Shown here piece after piece: positions 1 through 7,975 of a DNA stretch of 49,256 nucleotides. The notes under the pieces were generated by a model. It was given only the letters and a program-made list of their open reading frames with translations, made no database searches and was not told the DNA's origin. This DNA is from an uncultured Candidatus Peribacteria bacterium. GTDB taxonomy: Bacteria > Patescibacteriota > Gracilibacteria > Peribacterales > Peribacteraceae. The stretch spans positions 54,146 to 103,401 of the forward strand of contig CAYUWH010000001.1 of NCBI GenBank assembly GCA_964448615.1, read 5' to 3'. Every line of letters begins with the position of its first letter. Within the stretch, counting starts at the first letter, position 1. The translations under genes and the position numbers were made by a program.

Positions 1-76
1 CTGCCAAGATGGCGATGATACCGATGACGAGGAGCAGTTCGATGAGGGTGAAACCCTTGTGCTGCCTCGAATGCAT
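1..76 (-). CDS. type IV pilin / pseudopilin, N-terminal fragment (gene runs off left edge)
   Basis: Reverse complement of 1-76 reads MHSRQHKGFTLIELLLVIGIIAILA. This is a prepilin signal (G|FTLIE with Glu at +5) followed by a hydrophobic helix. It is absent from the ORF track because the window edge truncates it. Confidence 0.75.
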   Translation of the reverse strand, partial: MHSRQHKGFTLIELLLVIGIIAILA

Positions 77-145
77 TGAGTTACTCATAAAAGTAAAAGA
101 GGGAAGAGAAGAAGCGAGAACAAAAACGTTCAGATGCGCTCTGGC

Positions 146-174
146 ATTATAACCACTCGATATTCTCGCTTCGA
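146..174 (-). promoter_or_regulatory. candidate promoter of the edge pilin gene
   Basis: The minus strand reads TCGAAG (169-174), N17, TATAAT (146-151), with a leader of about 60 nt to the ATG at 76. A 10-bp perfect palindrome TGACGCGTCA lies at 185-194 just upstream. Confidence 0.35.
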
Positions 175-219
175 TTTTTTATCTTGACGCGTCAGCACAA
201 CATGACATCTTGCAGCACT

Positions 220-852
220 TTATGGACATTGCAAATCAGTTGATGCCAGAAGGCAAGCACCCGCTTCGCACACTTCCCATTGATACGTTCCGCCAGCGAC
301 ACATGCCGGCGCGGAGCAGCCGCAGCTGTCTCCTGTCACAACATCATCCGGCAACAAATTGAACGCTCCTTCAAATACACGATTGTAACTGTGCGGTTGC
401 TGCAGGCGAATCGTGCGTGACACTTTGAAGGAAACTTGCACGCTCTGACGCGTATCCGACGCGGAGGTATTGCGCACGACGAAATCCAATACCGCGATTT
501 GCGATGAGCTGACGATCTGCTGCGTGGAATGACGGACAATCACGAGCGAACCGCTCTGTATGCCGATAATGATCGGATTGGTGACGCCCGATCCGGTTTG
601 CAGCGCAAGTACCGCTCCGGTCGCTCCGCGTGCTGGACTAAGCACACGCTCGGCTTGGCGGATACGGAGTGCAATATTTTGCATCATCTGGCCGCCGTTT
701 TCTTCTACGGTAGCGACGGTCTGTTGCAAGAGACGATTCTCCGTCGACATGAAGAGCACCGGCAAGATGATCGCCACGACAAGACTCAAGATCGCGATGA
801 ATAACAACAATTCAACAAGCGTCGTGCCGGTGCGATGAACATGATAGTTCAT
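220..852 (-). CDS. pseudopilin-like protein (prepilin-type N-terminus, Cys-rich C-terminal tail)
   Basis: The N-terminus MNYHVHRTG|TTLVELLLFIAILSL has a G-x4-E prepilin motif plus a TM helix. The stop overlaps the upstream gene by 4 nt within the pilus operon. Confidence 0.7.
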   Translation of the reverse strand: MNYHVHRTGTTLVELLLFIAILSLVVAIILPVLFMSTENRLLQQTVATVEENGGQMMQNIALRIRQAERVLSPARGATGAVLALQTGSGVTNPIIIGIQSGSLVIVRHSTQQIVSSSQIAVLDFVVRNTSASDTRQSVQVSFKVSRTIRLQQPHSYNRVFEGAFNLLPDDVVTGDSCGCSAPACVAGGTYQWEVCEAGACLLASTDLQCP

Positions 853-1271
853 GAACAGAGGGTGAATGCATCGGTTTCACGCCAGGTATCAATCATGGTT
901 ATCGGCAGTAAGCGCTTCACCTTTACTTCCACACGACGCACGCTGTCGCCGCTCCTTCCCAGCACGCAAATCGTACGCTCCACATTTTCCGCTCCTCCGA
1001 TGGAATAAATCTGACACGTGCCACGTGCAAACGTAATGGTCTGCTCACCGATGTAAGAAGGGTCCTGGCGCAGACTGTGCAGCGAACGCTCCACGCATGA
1101 CTGCGCGTATTCCCACGCCTGCGTGGTCTCCACCACTGTCGCGCCATTCTGCTGAGCGGCAAGACCGAGCAGGATCATGGAGATCGTCGTGGCAGAGGCG
1201 ATCGCTCCGATCGACAGCACGCTCAGGAGGAAAATATAGCCGGGACGGGAGGAGAACTGGCGCATCAGCAA
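849..1271 (-). CDS. pilus-operon membrane-anchored protein (PilX-like, no Glu+5)
   Basis: It has an N-terminal hydrophobic anchor (PGYIFLLSVLSIGAIASATTISMILLGL). Both neighbours overlap it, consistent with translational coupling in the operon. Confidence 0.55.
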   Translation of the reverse strand: MLMRQFSSRPGYIFLLSVLSIGAIASATTISMILLGLAAQQNGATVVETTQAWEYAQSCVERSLHSLRQDPSYIGEQTITFARGTCQIYSIGGAENVERTICVLGRSGDSVRRVEVKVKRLLPITMIDTWRETDAFTLCS

Positions 1272-2716
1272 GAACCGGTACCGGCACCGGGTTTGAAAAT
1301 GTAAAGCGTGTTATCGGAGAGAAAGAATATCCTGTCCTTCACGGTGCTGTAGAATAAATGCTTTCCCGCATTTGAGGAGAGGGTATAGGACGCGAGTTCC
1401 GTGAGAGAGGCATCGTTCATTTTCATGACCTGGAACGCTTTCCATTTTTGCCGCGTCGCGGCGAATGCGTAACACCCCGTGGAATCGGATGTGACTCCCA
1501 CCACGCTGCCGCTGGTTTCGCGATACCACGGACCGGACGGCGCCGCCGGGCCGCCCGATTCCGGAATGCGCAGCATGACCAGTTCTTGAATGCCGGTGCC
1601 ACGCTGACGCCCAAGTAAAGCGGATGTGCCATGAAGCGCAATCGCCAGTCCGTCTTCCGTGCCGCTGATATTGGAACCGGTCGCAAATCTCATACTGCCC
1701 GAACTAAAAACGGTGACGACACGTAATTCACCCGTGTCATCCGCGCTGGCAAGATATGCGGACGTTCCGGTAAGGCCGAGATCGGCGATGTTCGCGGTAT
1801 CATCCAATGTGCTGCGCAGTACGATCGACCCGCTGTTACTGATATCGAACCAATGGATTTCTTTTTCGCCGGGCGTCGCGCTGTACGTCGCGCCGACAAA
1901 GAGGGAGGCTCCCCACGCACGCAACGTACGCCCGCGAGCGGTTCCCGGAAGATCATAGCTCGTGACGAGCGACACGGTCGGCAGCGATCCGATGTTGTAC
2001 ACTTTTAATTCTCCATTCGCGTCATCGGTCAACATGTAGAGACGCTTGCCGCGCACCGCGAGTTGATACACGGAATATCCCACGTTCAGCGAAGGATTCA
2101 CACGGACCGGATTGGTGAGATCCGATACATCGTAGACGTATAATCCATTGCCTCCTCCGGCTATGTCGCCGGCAATCAACGCATAATTTCCCGTGACGTA
2201 CACGTTGCTGAAATTCGGCGTTCCGGCCTCTGTCACACTTCCTTCCACGGTCACTGAACTCCAGTTGCCAACTTGCCGGGAACTGCGCCAATCCGCCAGT
2301 TCGGTGGAAATCAGGATACTCCCAGAATGCTGGTAGCCGTGTTGCCACATGCTGCGCGCATTCACGAGCAAGCCCGTTGAAGCGGATGTGATGTACACCC
2401 ATGTCGTGTAACTGCCGGTGCTGACCGTCAGTGATCCACTGAAAATCCATGCTCCCGCGGCATTAATCGTCACGCCGTGCTGACCGGTTGCGACACTGGA
2501 AAACGATGTGTCACGCATTGAACGGACACCTTCGATCGAACGCTCCGCAAGATAGGAGGATCGTATGCGGTCTCCTCCTAAAATCGAATTCTCCTGCCCC
2601 GAAATCATCACTAACCCCACCGCAAACATGAAGAGCGAGAAGACGCTGATTCCGAGCAAGACTTCCAGCAGCAGGAAACCGCGATGTTGCCGTTGGCGGC
2701 GATGAAACCAGTTCAT
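1265..2716 (-). CDS. large pseudopilin with beta-propeller-like repeat body
   Basis: The N-terminus RG|FLLLEVLLGISVF matches a prepilin motif with Glu+5. The body has repeated strands such as LYVYDVSDLTNPVRV and LKVYNIGSLPTV, resembling LVIVD-type propeller repeats. Confidence 0.7.
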   Translation of the reverse strand: MNWFHRRQRQHRGFLLLEVLLGISVFSLFMFAVGLVMISGQENSILGGDRIRSSYLAERSIEGVRSMRDTSFSSVATGQHGVTINAAGAWIFSGSLTVSTGSYTTWVYITSASTGLLVNARSMWQHGYQHSGSILISTELADWRSSRQVGNWSSVTVEGSVTEAGTPNFSNVYVTGNYALIAGDIAGGGNGLYVYDVSDLTNPVRVNPSLNVGYSVYQLAVRGKRLYMLTDDANGELKVYNIGSLPTVSLVTSYDLPGTARGRTLRAWGASLFVGATYSATPGEKEIHWFDISNSGSIVLRSTLDDTANIADLGLTGTSAYLASADDTGELRVVTVFSSGSMRFATGSNISGTEDGLAIALHGTSALLGRQRGTGIQELVMLRIPESGGPAAPSGPWYRETSGSVVGVTSDSTGCYAFAATRQKWKAFQVMKMNDASLTELASYTLSSNAGKHLFYSTVKDRIFFLSDNTLYIFKPGAGTGSC

Positions 2717-2723
2717 GCTTTAA

Positions 2724-3938
2724 TCACGAGCAAGTGCCGACCTGCGTGAAGGTGAGGAGCAGGACGGCATCTTGGAAATCGGCGGACGCCGGCATGGGAT
2801 TACCGATCGAACCAAGCTCGACCAAGTAGAGAATTTCATATTCTCCGATCTGCACCTTGTTATTCACATCGATGTACGGCTGTAAATAGGCCTTGAGACT
2901 CTGTTGATTGCTGAATGCAGGATAGTTCGGCAAGGAATCTCCGTCGCGCAATGTCAGGAAATGTCCGCTTTGATCGTTGCTGATGTACGATTGATCGAAT
3001 GTCAGCCAGCCGTTCTTTTTGTAGTACCCGCGAATCTTCGTAATCACTTTTGAATTGGCCGCCAAATTGGAAACAGTCTGTGTTTCACCCCCGTCGATAT
3101 CGTTGCCGCCAAAAAGATTCGTATACGATGATCCGTTCATTGTCTTCTTGTACGACGCATACACATTGATATCAGGACCGCCCGCGCCGTACGTGATTTG
3201 ACTGCCAATCACTTTAAACTTCACGTTCGCAGTGGCCGTCGTGGTGATGGTTTTGTCAGCATCGACGTGAATCAGATTTTCACAGGAAGGTGCTGCACTG
3301 CTTGCGGCGCTGCTTGCCGCCGATGAGGCCGCAGAACTCGACACGGCGCTTGATGACGCCACGCTTGAAGCGGCACTTGATCCGCCAGGACAGTTGCCAA
3401 GCGTATCGCCATGCGATTGATGTGCAGGCCAGGCATTATCGGAGATCGTCAGTGTATGGGGATTGCTTCCGCTGGGTTTATGACAAACAGTAATGACATC
3501 CGTGGAATTCACCACCACGCCCGACTTTTCCACTGTAATCAAAATGCTCCGCTGATCCCCGGTCAGCGACGTCAGTGTGATGCTTCCCGTGGCACTCGGC
3601 GCTCCTTCCACCTTGGAATAATCGACTTCCAGCAATCCGGTTGTCGTGATGGTCGACGGCATCGGGTAGACCTCATCGTACTGCGGGTCCCGCTCAAGAT
3701 AACTCTTGCCTTTGTAGAGCGTACCGTTCGGCACATAGAACCCCCAATTTTCGTCTTGCTTACCGGATTGAGAAAGGATTTTTGCGCGCGTCAGCCCTTG
3801 GGTCGCTTGTTCCGTGGCGAGGTTGAGATCGCTACGAACTTGATACTCATGGTAGAGCGGAGCCATCACCATGAGCAATGTGGCAAAAATCGCAATGACC
3901 AAGAGGATTTCAATGACAGTAAAGGCGGCGCGCTTCAT
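2724..3938 (-). CDS. large pseudopilin (GspH/FimT-like N-terminus, Ser/Ala linker, C-terminal domain)
   Basis: The N-terminus is MKRAA|FTVIEILLVIAIFATLL. It contains a Cys-bracketed segment CHKPSGSNPHTLTISDNAWPAHQSHGDTLGNC, followed by a low-complexity SSAASSVASSSAVSSSAASSAASSAASSAA linker. Confidence 0.75.
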   Translation of the reverse strand: MKRAAFTVIEILLVIAIFATLLMVMAPLYHEYQVRSDLNLATEQATQGLTRAKILSQSGKQDENWGFYVPNGTLYKGKSYLERDPQYDEVYPMPSTITTTGLLEVDYSKVEGAPSATGSITLTSLTGDQRSILITVEKSGVVVNSTDVITVCHKPSGSNPHTLTISDNAWPAHQSHGDTLGNCPGGSSAASSVASSSAVSSSAASSAASSAASSAAPSCENLIHVDADKTITTTATANVKFKVIGSQITYGAGGPDINVYASYKKTMNGSSYTNLFGGNDIDGGETQTVSNLAANSKVITKIRGYYKKNGWLTFDQSYISNDQSGHFLTLRDGDSLPNYPAFSNQQSLKAYLQPYIDVNNKVQIGEYEILYLVELGSIGNPMPASADFQDAVLLLTFTQVGTCS

Positions 3939-4012
3939 AATGCGCCGATTGTACCCCGAGGAGAGAGAACAACGAGCGATGCATGTAAAAAATGATTGAC
4001 TAGTCGCACGGA

Positions 4013-5299
4013 TCAGTGCCCGACGTTTCCGACGATACTATAAATCGGAACGATGATCGCAAACGCGATGGTCCCCACGAGCGCACCGATAAAAAGAAGC
4101 AGCATCGGCTCCAAAATCAACGGAAGTTTCTGTGCGGTATCGGTCGCCTTCTTGTCGTAGATATCGGCAATCTTGAGCGTGATTTCCGCCAGCGCGCCCG
4201 ATCTTTCTCCCGTAATCACTAGCTGTTGCACGGAAGGCGGCAATAATTTTTCGCTGCGCTTGATCAGCGTGAAACTCTTGGCAAACGAATCACCGAGCTG
4301 AATGTGCTCCAGCATTTTGGCGTACAACTTGCGATACGCCATGATCGGCGTCACATGCACGAGCGATTGCATCGCTTCCACCACGGGAACGCCCGCCTTG
4401 AGCAATCCTCCGAGAATCACGCCGAAGCGCGCGATCGTCGCCTCGCGCGCAAGCTGCCCAATGCCCGGGATGCGAAACATCACCCACTGCGTGACAATGC
4501 AGAAATTCGTGAATTTCGAGAGCAACGTAACACCCACGAACAAAGCGATCATCGACGGAATGAAGATGTAGCCATACGTGGAGAAGAGATTCGTGAAGAG
4601 AATGATCATGCGCGTCGCAAACGGCAGCGGCACGTTCAAGGATGTTAGCACGCCGAGCAATTGCGGCAGCACGAACATGCCAAGACCCACGACGACGACG
4701 AACATCAGAATCATCACGATGCTCGGATAAATCATGGCCATTTTCACTTTCGATCGCAACGCATGATCTTTTTCCTCTTGGAGCGCCAAATACTCGACGT
4801 TCTCCGCCAAGTTCCCCGCTTCTTCGCCGATACGCACGAGCGCGAGCGCATGTGGCGAGAAAAACGATTCCTGCTCCATCGCCCGCCAAAGCGGATATCC
4901 GTTTTCCACCGCATCAATCATTCGCTGAATCAGTTTTTTCATCGGCTTGGTTCTTGTTTCTTTTTGCAGTGTTCTCATCGAATCGATCAAGGACAACCCC
5001 GCACCAAGCATCGTGCCGAGATTCTGCACAAACTGTTCGCGATCCTTGCCCAAACCAATATTCTTGAATGATGCGAGGAACGCCGCCAGTTTGCTCGGTG
5101 ATTTATTGATAACGATCTTTTTCTTCGGTGCAGATTCCACTGGCACAGCAGTGGCCACGACAGCAGGTGCCTCCTGCGGCGTCATGGCAGGCTGAGATGG
5201 CTTCTTCGGAGCATCGGGTGGCAGAATTTTTCCCTGCGCCTCGGGCTCGGGAGCGACCGGCTCCTCGGCTTTGGCCGGCGTTTTACTGTTCTTTTTCAT
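4013..5299 (-). CDS. pilC: type IV pilus / T2SS platform protein, GspF/PilC family
   Basis: The polytopic protein has the duplicated GspF-type cytoplasmic domain pattern. It has a Pro/Ala-rich N-terminal extension of about 90 aa and overlaps pilB by 17 nt. Confidence 0.9.
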   Translation of the reverse strand: MKKNSKTPAKAEEPVAPEPEAQGKILPPDAPKKPSQPAMTPQEAPAVVATAVPVESAPKKKIVINKSPSKLAAFLASFKNIGLGKDREQFVQNLGTMLGAGLSLIDSMRTLQKETRTKPMKKLIQRMIDAVENGYPLWRAMEQESFFSPHALALVRIGEEAGNLAENVEYLALQEEKDHALRSKVKMAMIYPSIVMILMFVVVVGLGMFVLPQLLGVLTSLNVPLPFATRMIILFTNLFSTYGYIFIPSMIALFVGVTLLSKFTNFCIVTQWVMFRIPGIGQLAREATIARFGVILGGLLKAGVPVVEAMQSLVHVTPIMAYRKLYAKMLEHIQLGDSFAKSFTLIKRSEKLLPPSVQQLVITGERSGALAEITLKIADIYDKKATDTAQKLPLILEPMLLLFIGALVGTIAFAIIVPIYSIVGNVGH

Positions 5300-7082
5300 G
5301 GGCGTGCAGGAACATGTCCGGAGGATTTGCGACGCGAATCAATTCTTCAAGCGTCGTGACACCGGCTTTCATTTTTTCGAATCCGTCTTCAAAGAGCAGC
5401 TTCATACCCTGTTTGCGCGCCTCAGTAATGATATCGGCGCTGGTGGCGCGCGAGATGATGAGCTTCTCGATTTCCGGCGTAATCTCCAGCAGTTCATGAA
5501 TACCCATACGGCCCGAGTATCCGATGCCGCCGCACGCTTCACATCCCTTTCCTTTATAAAGAAGGATCGGGCCGTCTTTCTTAGGGAAGTAACGGGAGAG
5601 CCCTGGGAAGATTTTTTCGATTTCCGCCGGCGTGGCGCTGTAGCTGTAACGGCAGCGCGGACAAATGCGACGCAAAAGCCGCTGTGAGATGACGACTTCG
5701 AGCGTGGAAGCAAGCAAGAACGGTTCGACTCCCATTTCGAGCAAACGAGGGATCGAGGTACCGGCATCGTTCGCGTGCAGTGTTGAGAACATCAAGTGTC
5801 CCGTAAGCGCGGCGTTCACGGCGATACTCGCGGTTTCGCCGTCGCGGATTTCACCGACGAGAATGATGTTCGGGTCCTGGCGCATGAGGGCGCGCAGTCC
5901 TTTTGCGAATGTCAATTCCGCTTCCGGATTCACCTGGATGTGATTGATTCCCGGAACTTTATATTCGACAGGATCTTCGATCGTCGAGATGTTCACGTCC
6001 TCGTGATTGCGGATTTTCATCAAGGCGTACAGCGTGGTGGATTTTCCCGAACCCGTCGGGCCGCAGGTCAGGATCATACCGAACGGCTTGTAGCTCGCGC
6101 GCTCGAGAATTTGGCGGTTTTTATCGGAGAAGCCGAGATCGGTCAGTGTCAGCGTACGCACGTATTCGGAAAGCAGACGCATCACGATTTTTTCACCGTC
6201 GACGACGGGTACGATCGAGACACGAATGTCCATGGTGTTGCCGTTGGGGAGTTCGTAGCGGATCGCGCCGTCCTGCGCGCAGAAGTGTTCGTCAATTTTC
6301 ATGTTGCTCGCAATCTTCACGCGGTTTACCACGCCCTCGAAATATTCCTTTGGAATGCGGCCGGCTTCATGGAGCACGCCATCCACGCGGAAACGAACGA
6401 GCACCTCCTTTTCTTGCGGCTCGAAGTGAATGTCCGACGCTCTCAATGCGATGGCATCGGTGAAAATTTGTTCCAAAATTTCCGGGGCGACTTTGTGCTG
6501 CGCTTCGATGATTTGCTGGAAGCGCGTGGCAAGCGGCTTGCGATAGTGACTGAAGAAGGATTCGATGCCTTTCTTGGAAGCGTACACGAACTCGATTTTT
6601 CCTTTGTATTCCTGACGATCTTCCGTTTTCTTTTTAGCGAAAAATCCGCGCGCGGCCGTTTTGCGGCTCGTTTTTTTGACGGCGGATTCTTCGGATTCCG
6701 GGAAGAGCGCGACCGCCTGCCCCAGGTTCTTGCGGATCGCATCCTCCAAATTCTTATTCCCCGGATCGGATGTCGCGACTGTCACCCCCGCATCGGTCTG
6801 ACTGACGACCAAAGCGGAATACGTTCGCGCGATATCTTCCGGCAGCAATGCCACGAGCTGCGCGGAAGGCGGCTTGGACTCGATGTTGAAATACGGCAAG
6901 TGGTAGTGTTCCGCGATTGCACTCTCGTACAAATCTTGATTGAGCAGTTCAAGTTCGAACAACGCATCCTTCAGGCTCACGTTATGCGCCTTGCAGTGAG
7001 CTTCAGCCAGTTTGCAATCTTCCTCACTGACGTAATTCAGTTCCAGAAGCGCCTTTTTAAGATCTGCATCGGTTAAGGCCAT
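5283..7082 (-). CDS. pilB: type IV pilus assembly ATPase, GspE/PilB family
   Basis: It has Walker A GPTGSGKSTTLYA, the Asp/His boxes, and a tetracysteine motif CPRC...CEAC. The N-terminal domain looks like the MshEN type. Confidence 0.93.
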   Translation of the reverse strand: MALTDADLKKALLELNYVSEEDCKLAEAHCKAHNVSLKDALFELELLNQDLYESAIAEHYHLPYFNIESKPPSAQLVALLPEDIARTYSALVVSQTDAGVTVATSDPGNKNLEDAIRKNLGQAVALFPESEESAVKKTSRKTAARGFFAKKKTEDRQEYKGKIEFVYASKKGIESFFSHYRKPLATRFQQIIEAQHKVAPEILEQIFTDAIALRASDIHFEPQEKEVLVRFRVDGVLHEAGRIPKEYFEGVVNRVKIASNMKIDEHFCAQDGAIRYELPNGNTMDIRVSIVPVVDGEKIVMRLLSEYVRTLTLTDLGFSDKNRQILERASYKPFGMILTCGPTGSGKSTTLYALMKIRNHEDVNISTIEDPVEYKVPGINHIQVNPEAELTFAKGLRALMRQDPNIILVGEIRDGETASIAVNAALTGHLMFSTLHANDAGTSIPRLLEMGVEPFLLASTLEVVISQRLLRRICPRCRYSYSATPAEIEKIFPGLSRYFPKKDGPILLYKGKGCEACGGIGYSGRMGIHELLEITPEIEKLIISRATSADIITEARKQGMKLLFEDGFEKMKAGVTTLEELIRVANPPDMFLHAHEKEQ

Positions 7083-7114
7083 GGGCTGAGTTGGTAGTTT
7101 GTAGTGAGTAGTTT

Positions 7115-7534
7115 TTAGAGAAGTTCTTTGACCGCCTTCACGATGTCCGCAAGCGGCGCGTTGGATTTCACGAGATAATTTTTCGCACCCAATTCTTCTG
7201 CTTTTTTGCGATCCTCATCCTGTCCCAAGTTCGAGAGCACGATGACGATGGGCTTCGATTTACTGCTCTTGAGTTGCTCCAAAATCGTGAAGCCGTCTAC
7301 TTCGGGAAGAATCAAATCGAGGAGAATCATGTCGTATTTTCCACTGAGTGCCTCTTTCAATCCTTCGCCTCCCGTGGCAGCGACAAACGTTTCATAGCCC
7401 TCATGATCCATTTTGAGTTTGAGGGCATGGGCAAGCGGACGCTCATCTTCCACGATCAGAATCTTTGCGTTTTTGCCTGCTTTTGTTTCTGTTTTTGGCT
7501 TCGGGGTCATAACAAGAAAGATGTTGAAATCCAT
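7115..7534 (-). CDS. stand-alone response-regulator receiver domain protein
   Basis: It reads ILIVEDE...MILLDLILPEVDG...VLSNLG...AKNYLVKS, a CheY-like fold with a phospho-acceptor Asp. The start may instead be the ATG at 7510 (MTPKPK). Confidence 0.85.
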   Translation of the reverse strand: MDFNIFLVMTPKPKTETKAGKNAKILIVEDERPLAHALKLKMDHEGYETFVAATGGEGLKEALSGKYDMILLDLILPEVDGFTILEQLKSSKSKPIVIVLSNLGQDEDRKKAEELGAKNYLVKSNAPLADIVKAVKELL

Positions 7535-7617
7535 TCAGTATAGCAAAAATAAGGGATTTTAACAATACCCCGATCCCGCACAAAGGCTGTGTTTGGCCGC
7601 ATGAAACAGGGGATATA

Positions 7618-7646
7618 TTGCTCATATTGCCATTTTATGTTATAGT
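7618..7646 (+). promoter_or_regulatory. sigma70-like promoter of 69-aa ORF
   Basis: The promoter is TTGCTC (7618-7623), N17, TATAGT (7641-7646). It is followed by a 6-bp leader hairpin CTACGG/CCGTAG (7654-7672) and the SD AAAGGAG (7684-7690). Confidence 0.5.
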
Positions 7647-7694
7647 AATATTACTACGGTAGTTCGCCGTAGATTCGATCCTTAAAGGAGTCTG

Positions 7695-7904
7695 ATGATG
7701 TTGAAAGCTCTGGTCGCAGTGGTTCTGGTGCTGGCCGCGTTCGTCCTGCTGGCGCCGCTGGCGGCGTTCGTGACGACCGGCATGGTCGTCGCGACGGGGT
7801 ACGCCCTGTTGCGCAAGACCCCGCAGCGCCGCTGTCCGGAATTGCCGGGCAGCGGCGAATACCACCGGCCGCTCCTCGAGCCTCTCGAGGAACGCATCGG
7901 CTAG
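7695..7904 (+). CDS. small hydrophobic protein (69 aa), GC-rich orphan
   Basis: A strong SD lies 4-5 nt before the ATG. The N-terminus is predicted membrane-spanning (LKALVAVVLVLAAFVLLAPLAAFVTTGMVVATGYALL). All frames are open because the patch is GC-rich, so coding status is not certain. Confidence 0.45.
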   Translation: MMLKALVAVVLVLAAFVLLAPLAAFVTTGMVVATGYALLRKTPQRRCPELPGSGEYHRPLLEPLEERIG

Positions 7905-7922
7905 ACTCTCGAAGGGTCACAT

Positions 7923-7953
7923 CCGCCCCTCTCCGGAGGGGCGGGTTCGTTGT
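7923..7953. terminator. GC-rich hairpin between convergent small ORF and fic
   Basis: The hairpin is CCGCCCCTC-TCCG-GAGGGGCGG (7923-7944), followed by a T-rich stretch GTTCGTTGTG. Confidence 0.5.
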
Positions 7954-7975
7954 GCATAAAATAAATATTAAGCAA

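Noticed and set aside
185-194. The idea that ACGCGT-containing palindromes form one regulon: TGACGCGTCA upstream of the pilin, and AACGCGTT in the two orphan-locus promoters.
   Set aside because: The shared part is only the 6-mer ACGCGT. That 6-mer also occurs inside smpB, mfd and the aminopeptidase gene at roughly the frequency expected by chance. Only the two orphan-locus promoters share an extended, position-matched site.
5796-7076. A 426-aa ORF on the plus strand, antisense to pilB. Similar long antisense ORFs occur at 13739-14872, 16425-17291, 31808-32971 and 42628-43770.
   Set aside because: The three checked (5796-7076, 16425-17291, 31808-32971) lie in the codon-aligned antisense frame of a well-supported gene. 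For example, 31808-31121 and 16425-16083 are multiples of 3. That frame stays open whenever the sense gene avoids TTA, CTA and TCA codons. The translations are Arg/His/Phe-rich with no motifs. These are shadow ORFs, not genes.
7083-7114. The short direct repeats GTAGTTT GTAGTGA GTAGTTT between the regulator gene and pilB.
   Set aside because: The tract is very short and degenerate, has no inverted partner, and could be chance within a 32-nt spacer.
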